Assembly (NCBI GenBank): GCA_030390025.1
Contig: CM059433.1
Coordinates: 2,294,001-2,358,000 of the forward strand
Direction: 5' to 3'
DNA length: 64,000 nucleotides
DNA from: Squalus acanthias
Lineage: Eukaryota
The position numbers and the translations under genes were made by a program. The notes beneath the pieces are model-generated. The model searched no databases and was not told the origin of the DNA. It saw only the letters and a list, made by a program, of their open reading frames with translations. This document shows positions 36,342 to 47,634 of this stretch, one piece after another; position 1 is the first letter of the stretch, and every line of letters starts with the position of its first letter.

Positions 36342-37428
36342 TCTACTCCAGACTGGAGTTGTGTTTAAGTTGATCTGTCCTTGAAAAGCCACCAAGATTA
36401 ATTGTTGTAACTAAGGACCTGCTGGACTCATTTGGAGTTTAATCATTCTCTGAGTGCTCATGTGCCATCTTTACCATATTACTAAGAATTTTCCCATGAC
36501 TTCTCATGGTGAGCCAGAGGTTATGCTGTTGCAAAGGAGAAGGTGTGTGTGAGGTTGCACCTCTCCAGTGAAATAATTTGGAAAAACGTTCCAAAATGTC
36601 TGCCAAAAAATTTAAGCAAGTGTTTTTGATTGGTTCCTGGAGAATAAATAAGAACTATTTCCCCCACCCATTGTAGTTTTATAGATAAATAACTAACACA
36701 AATCTATAATCAAAGTTTAAGTATCAAAGTAAACAATGATTGTCTTTGCATTCTCCAGATGAATAAAATATGGCACAAATGCTCTAATCCTCCATCTCTG
36801 ACTGGCTGGCTCTCTCTCACCCAACCATATTTGCCTTGAGTACAAAATAAGCATCAGAAGAGAAATTTTAGTTCAAAAGAGCTTTCAAAATTCATCTTCC
36901 AGCTTGTTTTCTAATAATTTGGAAAACCAAAGAAATTCAAAGACTGTTACAGCCTGAGGAAAGATGTATTTCCATTTCAGCACTGAGAAAAAATAACCTT
37001 TTTGTCAACAATAATTGTTTTGGAATGTTGGTATTAACATAGTAAATGCGCAATGTTCCAATCACCCAGCTTGTTTCTCTTTCTGTTTTTTCTTTCTTTA
37101 TTCTTGTCTCTCCCATTTTGAGACAGTCCCTCTAACATAAAAGGTACTTAATAATAGTTTTCATAGGAAACTTTGCTCTAAAAGCTTTTAAAATTCAAGC
37201 AGCTTTTCTCAAACCATTGGAACAAACAAAAAGCCTCAGAAATCCCATTACACATGAGGAAAGATGTGTTTGCAGTTGCACTGAATCATACCGATGCATG
37301 CTAGGAAATATTCTAGATTATACGTGCTCAGAATACAGCATTTTGAGACCTTGCAGACACAGAAGTATTTGGTAACTCCCTTCAGCTGACAGAATGGTAG
37401 CTCTGGGGAAAATATCAACTCCAATTAT

Positions 37429-37831
37429 TTTTTTATTCGTTCCTGGGATGTGGGCGTCGCTGGCAAGGCCAGCATTTATTGCCCATCCCTAATTGCCCTT
37501 GAGAAGGTGGTGGTGAGCCACCTTCTTGAACCGCTGCAGTCCGTGTGGTGAAGGTACTCCCACAGTGCTGTTAGGGAGGGAGTTCCAGGATTTTGACCCA
37601 GCGACGATGAAGTATCGGCCGATATACTTCTAAGTCAGGATGGTGTGTGACTTGGAGGGGAACTTGGAGGTGGTGGTGTTCCCATGCGCCTGCTGCCCTT
37701 GTCCTTCTAAGTGGAAGAGGTCGCGGGTTGGGGAGGTGCTGCCAAAGAAGCCTTGGCGAGTTGCTGCAGTGCATCTTGTAGATGGTACACACTGCAGCCA
37801 TGGTACGCTGGTGGTGGAGGGAGTGAATGTT
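37429..37831 (-). mobile_element. LINE family 'B' 3' fragment (continues about 41075-41120)
   Basis: Same 3' end as other LINE-B copies; split at GAATGTT|TAAGG by the CR1 below. Confidence 0.85.
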
Positions 37832-40800
37832 TGAGTGATAGTGAGTATAGGAATAGGACGATAGAGCAGATGAATGCGTGGCTAAAGAGTTGGTGCAAGA
37901 GGGAGGGCTTTAGTTTCCTGGATCACTGGGTCTGTTTCTGGGGAAGGTGGGACCTGTACAAGTCAGACGGGTTTCACCTGAACCAGAACGGGACCAACAT
38001 CCTTGCGGGGAGGTTTGCTAATACTGTTGTGGGGGGGAGGGGGGGGGGGGTTTAAACTAACTTGGCAGGGAGATGGGATACGGAGTGGAGCTATAGTAGG
38101 GGATGATGCACAGCCAAATATAGAGGAAAAAACAAGTCAGCCTGGAAGACAGAGCAAATATGTAACGGCACAAGGGAGTATGGCAAGGCTGGATGGCATT
38201 TATTTTAATGCAAGGAGTCTTGCAAGTAAGGCAGATGAATTGAAGGTGTTGATGAACACATGGGAGTATGATATTGTTGCTATCACAGAGACATGGTTGA
38301 GGGAGGGGCAGGACTGGCAGCTCAATATTCCGGGGTATAGAATCTTCAGGCAAGACAGAGGGGGGTGTAAAAGAGGAGGTGGTGTCGCAATATTAATCAA
38401 TGAGTCAATTACTGCTGTAAGGAGGGATGATATCTTAGCAGGTTCCTCTAATGAGGCCATATGGGTAGAACTTAAAAACAAAAAGGGGGCAAGCACTTTG
38501 CTGGGAGTGTACTATAGGCCCCCAAACAGTCAGGGGGAGATAGAGGAACAGATATGTAGGCAAATCTCAGAGAAGTGTAGAAATAATAGGGTAATAATAG
38601 TAGGGGATTTCAACTTCCCCAATATTAACTGGGATAGTCAGAGTGTGAAAGGCTTAGAGGGTGCGGAATTCTTAAAGTGCATCCAGGAGAGCTTTTTGAG
38701 CCAGCATGTAGAAAGTCCTACAAGAGAGGGGGTGGTACTGGACCTAATTCTAGGGAATGTAGCCGGGCAAGTGGTAGAAGTGTCAGTAGGAGAGCATTTG
38801 GTGACAGTGACCATAATTCGGTGAGATTTAAGGTAGTCATGGAAAAGGACAAAGATGGACCGGAAATAAAGGTTCTAAATTGGGGGAAGGCCGATTTTAA
38901 TATGATAAGGCAGGATCTGGCCAAAGTGGATTGGGATAAGCTACTTGTAGGAAAATCCACATCAGAGCAGTGGGAGTCTTTCAAAAAGGAAATAGAGAGA
39001 GTACAACGCCAACATGTTCCCGTAAAGGTCAAGGGTGGGACCAACAAGCCCAGGGAACCCTGGATGTCAAGGGATATACAAGAATGGATTAGGAAAAAAG
39101 GGAGGCTTTTGGCAGATACAAAAGACTAAAAACAGTGGAAGCCCGAGAGGAGTATAGAAAGTGCAGAGGGGTACTTAAAAAATAAATTAGGAAAGCGAAG
39201 AGGGGGCATGAAAAAACACTGACGGGCAAAATAAAGGAAAATCCCAAGGTGTTTTATAAGTATATTAAGGGCAAGAGGATAACCAGGGAAAGAGTAGGGC
39301 CCATTAGGGACCAAAGTGGCAATCTGTGTGTAGAGCCGGAAGATGTGGGTGAGGTTTTAAATGAATATTTTGCATCTGTGTTCACTATGGAGAAGGACGA
39401 TCTAGGCATAGAAATCAAGCAGGGGGATTGTGATATATTTGAACAAATTAGTATTGAGAGGGAGGAGGTACTAGCGGTTTCAGTGGGCTTAAAAGTGGAT
39501 ATATCCCCAGGCCCAGACGAGATGTATCCCAGGCTGCTGTGTGAGGCAAGGGAGGAGATTGCAGGGGCTCTGACACAAATTTTCAGAACCTCTCTGGCCA
39601 CAGGGGAGGTGCCAGAGGACTGGAGGACAGCTAATGTAGTACCATTATTCAAGAAGGGTAGTAGGGATAAACCAGAGAATTACAGGCCAGTGAGCCTAAC
39701 ATCAGTGGTAGGGAAATTATTGGAAAAAATTCTGAGGGACAGATTTAGTCTCCACTTGGAGAGGCAAGGATTAATCAAGAATAGTCAGCATGGCTTTGTC
39801 AGGGGGAGATCATGTCTAACCAATTTGATCGTATTTTTCGAGGGGGCGACTAGGTGTGTGGATGAGGGTAGTGCAGTTGATATAGTCTACATGGACTTCA
39901 GTAAGGCTTTTGACAAAGTCCCGCATGGGACACTGGTCAAGAAGGTAAGAGCCCATGGGATCCAGGGCAATTTGGCAAATTGGATCCAAAATTGGCTTAG
40001 TGGCAGGAAGCAGAGGGTGATGGTTGAAGGTTGTTTTTGTGACTGGAAGCCTGTGTCCAGTGGTGTACTGCAGGGATTGGTGCTGGGTCCTTTGCTGTTT
40101 GTAGTGTACATTAATGATTTAGATATGAATGTAGGAGGTATGATCAGTAAGTTCGCAGATGACATGAAAATTGGTGGAGTGGTAAATAGTGAGGAGGGAA
40201 GCCTCAGGCTACAGGGCGATATAGATGGGTTGGTCAGATGGGCAGAACAGTGGCAAATGGAATTTAACCCTGAAAAGTGTGAGGTGATGCATTTTGGGAG
40301 GACTAATAAGGCAAGAGAATACACAATGAATGGTAGGATCCTAGGAAGGACAGAGGATCAGAGGGACCTTGGTGTGTATGTACATAGATCCCTGAAGGCA
40401 GCAGGACAGGTAGATAAGGTGGTTAAAAAGGCATATGGGATACTTGCCTTCAGTAGCCGAGGCATAGAATATAAGAGCAGGGAGGTTATGATGGAGCTGT
40501 ACAAAATGCTAGTTAGGCCACAGCTGGAATACTGTGTGCAGTTCTGGTCGCCACACTATAGGAAGGATGTGATTGCATTGGAGAGGGTGCAGAGGAGATT
40601 CACCAGGATGTTACCTGGGCTGGAGCGCTTCAGCTATGAAGAGAGACTGGACAGGCTGGGGTTGTTTTCCTTAGAGCAGAGAAGGCTGAGGGGGGACCTG
40701 ATTGAGGTGTACAAAATTATGAGGGGCATAGATAGGGTAGATAGAAAGGAATTTTTCCCCTTAGTAGAGGGGTCAATAACCAGGGGGCATAGTTTCAAGG

Positions 40801-41074
40801 TAAGGGGCAGGAGGTTTAGAGGGGATTTGAGGAAAAACTTTTTCAGCCAGAGGGTGGTTGGAATCTGGAACTCACTGCCTGAAAGGATGGTAGAGGCAGG
40901 AACCCTCACAACATTCAAGAAGCATTTAGATGAGCACTTGAAACGCCATAGCATACAAGGCTACGGACCAAGTGCCGGAAAATGGGATTAGAATAGACAG
41001 GGCTTGATGGCCGGCGCGGACACGATGGGCCGAAGGGCCTCTTTCTGTGCTGTATGACTCTATGACTCTATGAC
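37832..41074 (+). mobile_element. Long CR1 LINE: end of ORF1 (SGNH esterase-like) + ORF2 (APE + RT), disabled
   Basis: NAWLKSWC...DGFHLN (ORF1); YFNARSL, ITETWL, YYRPP, GDFNFP, SDHN (APE); QHGF, DFSKAFDKV, FADD (RT); (TATGACTC)n tail; two frameshifts and a stop at about 39183. Confidence 0.95.
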
Positions 41075-41340
41075 TTAAGGTGGTGGATGGGGTGCCAATC
41101 AAGCAGGCTGCTTTGTCCTGGGTTTAAGAGAGCAAAAAGAAAGGTTTTCAAGAATGGAAAAGGCAAGTTTATAGACAAGTGTAATGATACAGTATTGTGA
41201 AATATCCTTTTATTATGTTACAAACCTTATTTTGAGACCTGGAAATGTAAGTATGTAAAAATGAGAACTGGCAGATGAAAGGTTTTAGATAAGAAACACC
41301 TTTAGCAATTTGGCTTTTTAGTTTCTATTTCATTTCTATC

Positions 41341-42250
41341 TCATCAATGACCTTCCCTCCATCATAAGGTCAGAAGTGGGCTGTTCACTGATGATTGCAC
41401 AGTGTTCAGTTCCATTCGCAACTCCTCGGATAATGAAGCAGTCCGTGCCCGCATGAAAGAAAAGAAAGAAAGATCTGGATGACATTCAGGCTTGGGCTGA
41501 TAAGTGGCAAGTAACATTTGCACCACAGAAGTGCCAGGCAATGACTATCTCCAACAAGAGAGATTCCTCTACCATCAACCTCCTGGGGGGTCACCATTGA
41601 CCAGAAACTTAACTGGACCAGCCACATAAATTCTGTGGCTACAAGAGCAGGTCAGAGACTAGGCATTCTGCAGCAAGTGTCTCATCTCCTGACTCCCCAA
41701 AGCCTTTCCACCATCTACAAGGCACAAGTAAGGAGTGTGATGGAATACTCTCCACTTGCCTGGATGAGTGCAACTCCAACAACACTTAAGAAGCTCGACA
41801 CCATCCAGGACAAAGCAACCCGCTTGATTGGCACTCCATCCACCACCTTAAACATTCACTCCCTCCACTACCGGCACACAGTAGCTGCAGTGTGTATCAT
41901 CTACAAGATGCACTGCAGCAACTCACCAAGGCTTCTTCGGCAGCACCTCCCAAACCCGCGACCTCTTCCACCTAGGAGAAGGGCAGCAGGCGCATGGGAA
42001 CACCACCACCTCCAAGTTCCCCTCCAAGTCACACACCATCCTGACTTAGAAGTATATCGCCGATCCTTCATCGTTGCTGGGTCAAAATCCTGGAACTCCC
42101 TCCCTAACAGCACTGTGGGAGCACCTTCACCACACGGACTGCAGCGGTTTAAGAAGGTGGCTCATCACCACCACCTTCTCGAGGACAATTAGGGATGGGT
42201 AATAAATGCTCCCTTGCCAGCGACGCCCACATCCCAGGAACTAATAAAAA
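41341..42250 (+). mobile_element. LINE family 'B' 3' fragment
   Basis: INDLP...DDCTV through SWNSLP and AATAAAAA tail. Confidence 0.9.
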
Positions 42251-42299
42251 AGTTTCTTGTGCCACAGTTTTCCCTTGATGATGAATCACAGGGTCCTTG

Positions 42300-43510
42300 A
42301 CCATATCCACGCCATTTCCTGTGCCTCTGTTCTCACACCTCCTCCTTGCACAACAGTGACAGAGTCTCCCTTATCCTAACCTTCTACTTCATTAGCCTTC
42401 ACATTTACCGGATTGTTTTCTGCCTTTTTTGTCACCTACAACATGATCCCACCACCATGCATATTTCCCTTTCCTCCCCTCTCTCTTTTGGAAGGACCAA
42501 TCCCTTCATGATACCCTTGTGCATTCTTGAACAACCCCAACTTCAAGCAGATCTTCCGCTGGCAATTTCCCGTGCAACTCTGCCAGATGCAGTATCTGTC
42601 CAATCACCTTTTCCCATATCATTGTCCAGGCTTCCAAACATTCCTTCCATGTGAGACAGCACTTTATCTGTACTTCCTCCACTCCGCTATACTGTATTCA
42701 TTGTTCATGGTGCAGTCTCCTCTACACTGGAAGAACAAATCTAGATTAAGTGACCAATTTGCCAAAAACTTTATTACCTCTGCCAAGTGTGACTCCCTAT
42801 GGCTCACCAAGTTAACTCACCCTCTCCCACGCTGACCGATCTATCTTTGATATCCTACTTTACTCCAACCAAGCTAAACTCACGCATCAGGAACAGTATC
42901 TCATCATTCTCCTGGGCATTTTGCAGCCCTCTGATCCTACATTGATTTTGCTAGCTGTATCTCCCATTTGCTTTTTAACAGGGGCCACTGGGGATCAGGG
43001 ATGGTTCTGTCTGCAGCCAGTAAAGGGGCGTGATCTTTCAGATGTAGAGCCTTCATCAGACCAAGCTTTGATGCACCGCTGGTGTTGGCCAGTTTCCCTC
43101 CTCATTTTGAGACTGGTGCTCCAATTAGATGCCTTTCCTGCTTTCATTTCAGATCTCCTGTATCGCCCCCTTTTCTTGCCTTTTATCGTGTATGTCTTTC
43201 TACTGTGGTTTTCACCATCTTAGCTATTTATATGTTCCTCTTAGATCTTAACATAACCTCAGGGATGATTTTTTTAGACCATCTTACAGATCTCTACTTT
43301 TCGATTAAGTCGTTTGTAGGTCGTTCAAGACATTAAAAGTTTCTCTCATGACTGGCAAATCTGTTATCTTCTCATACCTAGTTTTAGTTTGTCCTCTCTT
43401 AAATCCTGCAAAGGAAGTGTCTTTGATCCAAAGTGCCCAGATATCTTTCCTCTTTCCAGATGTGAACTGACCTGTTGCGAACATCGGCATTTTCTGTTTC
43501 ACTCTGAGAT
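42300..43510 (+). mobile_element. Highly degenerate Penelope (P2-like) remnant
   Basis: LQHDPTT and YCIHCSWCSLLY..RLSDQFA remnants plus a decayed pLTR-like end. Confidence 0.55.
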
Positions 43511-44429
43511 TTCCACTTTTTTCTGATGGAGTTTTTTTTGGGTGCATTTTTGTCACCTCCGAGTAAACGTTCGGATTTGTTGCAGCTGAAAGGCTTTAGA
43601 ATTTCATTTTGAGTGTTTTGATTGATTCAGTTTCAGACAGGAAGTGCGTGCAGCGCTCTTGTTTTTACGAGAGATGTAAGTTACCTTTTACATATGTTGT
43701 AATTGAGGGTGAATATTAATAATGCTACTTTTGGTATTTGGGAAGCTTTATATTGCCGCTGTATTTTTTGCGTTTCTCCTTTAAGGATTTATTTATAAAA
43801 GTAGACACAATAATAGTGACACTCATTTAATAATTTAATTTCTTAATTATGAAATGTTATCGCCTAATTCCCTTTCTTTTGTATTTATTAGGGCTGTTAA
43901 TGGGCTGAATTTGCCTTTTAAGGAAAGAAATTCTGAATTTTTTCTAGTAGCACTTCCGTGCTGAGAAAACCGGGCACTTTTGAATAGCGAGAATCTTTTC
44001 TTTTTATCGCTACCTCCGAGCCTGACTTCGGCTGCTGTTTTACAGACCGACACAAGACATCCGCGCAGTGTTGGGATTCACTCCTCGCCACCGCGAAGTT
44101 TGACTGCAGCCGCCAGAATATTCCGGTAATATGTCCTTCCAACGCCACGTCGCTTTTGTTCAGGAGCAGTCCCCGGGGGGAGTGAGATCCAGATTACACT
44201 CCGATAAGTCATTCATTGTCAGGATGCTCCTGTTGCATTCTGCAGTCAAAAATGCACCGCGACTCGAGCCCCTTTGGTTCGACATAATCTGTCGGACGGC
44301 GGGGAACCCCCTGCAACTAGGCTTTCTTTAAAAAAAAGAGAAAGTTGATTTGAGTAAATGATGTTTGTGCACAGCTGATGAGGGGCAGTTAGAGCAGCGA
44401 ATTGCTGGTGCAGTCACATTGAGCAGACC

Positions 44430-44662
44430 CTCCCTCTGCCTCTCTCTCTCTCTCTCTCCACCTCCTTCAGTGGGCAGCTCCTGGGCTGTTTGATTGACGG
44501 GCGGGGAAGTGTGGATTCCAGGAGCCGCCACATGTGCCCAACACAGCGGGCTGGGCTGTCCTGGTCTGGTCTTGACTCGCCCAGAGCCGGCGCGCATGGA
44601 GGAGCGCTGAGAGCCTCGCCAGGTAGAGCCGCTCTCACCCCCAGGCTGGTGCTGGGCGCCAG
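44430..44662 (+). promoter_or_regulatory. Probable LRATD1 promoter and non-coding exon 1
   Basis: GC-rich, GC box GGGCGG at 44499 next to GGAAGT; donor AG|GTGAGT at 44662/44663; polypyrimidine-CAG acceptor ending 45043. Confidence 0.55.
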
Positions 44663-45086
44663 GTGAGTGAGTGAGTGAGTGAGCTCGGGCTGGCTTCTCC
44701 ACACAGCAGTAAGACCGAGGCAAGGAGCTGTGTGTGCATCAATGCACAGACTCCAACTCAGCCTTGTTCCAGGGAAGAGGAGCTTTTTTGTGTGTTTAAA
44801 ATGTGCAGTAGTTGGGGAGTGAGTCACTCTGTTCACTCTCTTGGGTGAAATCTGCCCGGAGAATGCAAAGCTAGAGGGGGCAGGCTGAGTGTTTTTAAGG
44901 GGGTTTAGACATTTCCAAGTGGGGGTGTCTGCTCAGCCCGGGTGGGTGCAGTGAACTGGTCCACCGAGTTGTTCTGCCAGAGAGAGAGGGAGGTGAAGGG
45001 GACACGAATCAAAGAGCCACATTTTGTGCTTTTTTCTTTCCAGGTCCACCCGCCGTCCTCTCGGAGTCCGTCTGCATGTGTCATTG

Positions 45087-45872
45087 ATGGGAAATCAAAT
45101 CGATCGGATCACCCATCTGAATTACAGCGAGCTGCCGACAGGCGACCCCTCGGGGATGGAGCAGGACGAGCTGCGGGTCGGGGTCGCCTACTTTTTCTCG
45201 GAGGAGGAGGAGGAGGAGGAGCAGGAGCTGGGGCTGGGGCTGTGGAGGGAGCCGAGCCCCCCGCGGGACGAGCTGGAGTGCTCGGCCTTCTGTCGCCAGG
45301 AATGCATCTTCTCCAAGCTGGGCCAGCAGGACCTCCGGCTGCACCCGGTCAGTGCCCTGCTGCCCCGCTGCCGGGCCGGGGACCTGCTGGAGCTGCCGGG
45401 GGCTGCTGGAGGTGGTGCGGGCGGTGGAGCAGGCGCTGCAGGTGGGCACTGGGCGGTCTACGTGGGCGAGAGCCAGGTCATCCACCTGCACCGCCAGGAG
45501 ATCCGCCGGGAGCGGCTGCAGGAGGTGAGCGGCGGCCGGCCGGCCCGCATCGTCAGCGCCTGGTACCGTTACCGGCCGCTGCCGGCCGAGCTGGTTCTGC
45601 ACAACGCCCGCGGCCACGTCGGCCTCCAGGGCCGCGACATCTGCTGGGCCAACTCGGAGAGCTTCGCCGCCTGGTGCCGCTTCGGCAAGCGGGAGTTCAA
45701 GGCGGGCGGCGAGGTGGCCAACGCCGGCGAGCGCCGCTACTTCCTCAAGCTGCACCTGTCCGCCAGCCGGGTGCACACCCTCGCCTTCCCCAGCCTGGAG
45801 GACCTCATCAGGGAAAAGCGCCGCAGGGACGCCGGCGGCAGAGTGGGAGTGCTAAAGAGCTGGCTATATTAA
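45087..45872 (+). CDS. LRATD1: LRAT domain-containing protein 1 (FAM84A); probably ends at 45883 if a 1-bp indel is corrected
   Basis: MGNQIDRITHLNYSELPTGDPSG...ELRVGVAYFFS, HWAVYVG, WYRYRPL.AELV, NSESFAAWCRFGKREFKAGGEV, SLEDLIREKRR match my recollection of vertebrate FAM84A; single coding exon, high GC3. Confidence 0.95.
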   Translation: MGNQIDRITHLNYSELPTGDPSGMEQDELRVGVAYFFSEEEEEEEQELGLGLWREPSPPRDELECSAFCRQECIFSKLGQQDLRLHPVSALLPRCRAGDLLELPGAAGGGAGGGAGAAGGHWAVYVGESQVIHLHRQEIRRERLQEVSGGRPARIVSAWYRYRPLPAELVLHNARGHVGLQGRDICWANSESFAAWCRFGKREFKAGGEVANAGERRYFLKLHLSASRVHTLAFPSLEDLIREKRRRDAGGRVGVLKSWLY

Positions 45873-46889
45873 AGCAGGAGTAAAACCAACCACAGGGGGA
45901 AGAAGCAGAAGAAGAAGGCAGCGCGGCCAGTTGGAACTTGTCCTGGCATCTCCTCCACCAGAAGCAAGGTCTGCTGCAACTTTTCTCCCCTCCCCGACTC
46001 GAAGGTTTCATCAGGATGGCAACATTCCAGGAGCCAGCTGTGAAGTAGGATGTGAATGGATGGTTACCTTCTCCAATGACTTATCCTCATTGCCGAAAAC
46101 TCAGAGGATTAAGGTGTGAACTTAAGCACGTACATTTTCTAACTGCCAATTCCCAGTGTTCATTCTGTGTGCCATTTTTCATGTTATGGTTTCAACTTGG
46201 ATATTCCAATATTCCAATCCAGAGCTGGTTTTGTTGTCCTTTAGGACGGCCTCTGTCGAGGAATCCTCGCGTTCCTATTTTTGTTTGAACACATTTCTTG
46301 ACATTAAATCACATTATGTGTGTGTGTGGGGAGTGGAGGGGGTGAATTACATCCTCGGTGCTGGAAATAGCAAACCAAATGCAAGAGGTAGTGTCCAGTT
46401 TAGGGATTTTACTACTTTCATGTTGTATATTCTTTAAGGATTTTTAAGGGGATGGAGTATACAGTTCTCATTTTATGTTCTATCATTTAGGGAATAGTAC
46501 CCAAATAACCTTGTGGAGATGGCATAAACATGCCAAACATATGAGAGTGTTCTCAAGCCCTGGGGACTGTCTGTCACTCAGATCTCTTGTCATATTTTTG
46601 CAAAGCACTTTCAAATGACAGCATTTGAGTGCCTGTGAGACAGGCACAGAGCAGCATTGGTCATGAGAAGCTTGTGCCGTGGATATCTTGGCTTATAGGG
46701 GGCCCTGCTCTCTCTCCAGGTTCCTGTGTGATCACTAGTGAGAAATGCCACTTGTTCTGCTATATTAATGGGAAGATTTGGATTGCGGGAATACTAGAGT
46801 TTTTTGGGGGAATATAATTACTGTACAAATGAGAGGAGTGTGTGTGCTCTCCCTTCTATTTTCTTTGTTTCCTCCTGCATTTTCACGTT

Positions 46890-47634
46890 GGCCCGGATTT
46901 TGCTGTGAGCGGCGAAGGAACGGCTTTTGCTGTTCACGTCGCGTACAGTTGCCTAGAGACGTTTTGCGGGTTTGTCAGCGGAGATTTCTAGTTTTGGGTC
47001 GTCTAATCTAATGCAGCACCCTCTACATGCGATCTATGGCGTCTATAAGCAGGAAAGCAGCAAGGAGGCTGTTCAACCAGTCAGTGAAGAATCCTCACAG
47101 ACACGCAGACTGCAAAGTGGAAAGTAAAAAACTGGAAATATGAATGACATTTAAATCATTGTACAGGAAGCTAAATAGATTGCGACATGCACATGGGATT
47201 AAGGGAGAGACATAAGAGAAACTATGTATAAAAAATAAAAAATCTGCAACATTAATTTTATTCTGATGGAATAAGACTCCACACTTGTAAAATTAATTTT
47301 TCAGGGCCAGAGTGGTTGTTCAGTAATTATCACTTATTACACCGTTAAAAAGTTACTCCTGATTATACAAGCCCTAACTTTCTCATCTGTCTTTAGACTA
47401 GTGGGTAATTCACCTAAATTCACACCATTACAGTGATCTCTCTGCAGATTCCATAGGCAATGACTGCAACATCGCACCCTGTGGAGGAGCAGGGTATCCT
47501 TGACAGCAACTTCCAGATTTTCAAGTTTAACTGCGCATGTGTGGATGCCAGAAGTTGCTGTCAGTTTTACTCTAATAACGGCGAGCACTGGCGGCCTCAC
47601 CGCTCACCGTTATTAGTACAGCAAAACCCGGGCC
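46890..47634. mobile_element. Harbinger-type MITE
   Basis: TIR GGCCCGGATTTTGCTGT / ACAGCAAAACCCGGGCC (16/17); flanks GTT and ATT. Confidence 0.8.

Noticed and set aside
44942..45883. 313-aa alternative-frame and 231-aa antisense ORFs over LRATD1
   Set aside because: Shadow ORFs of a very GC-rich CDS; only the last ~9 codons of the alternative frame look meaningful.
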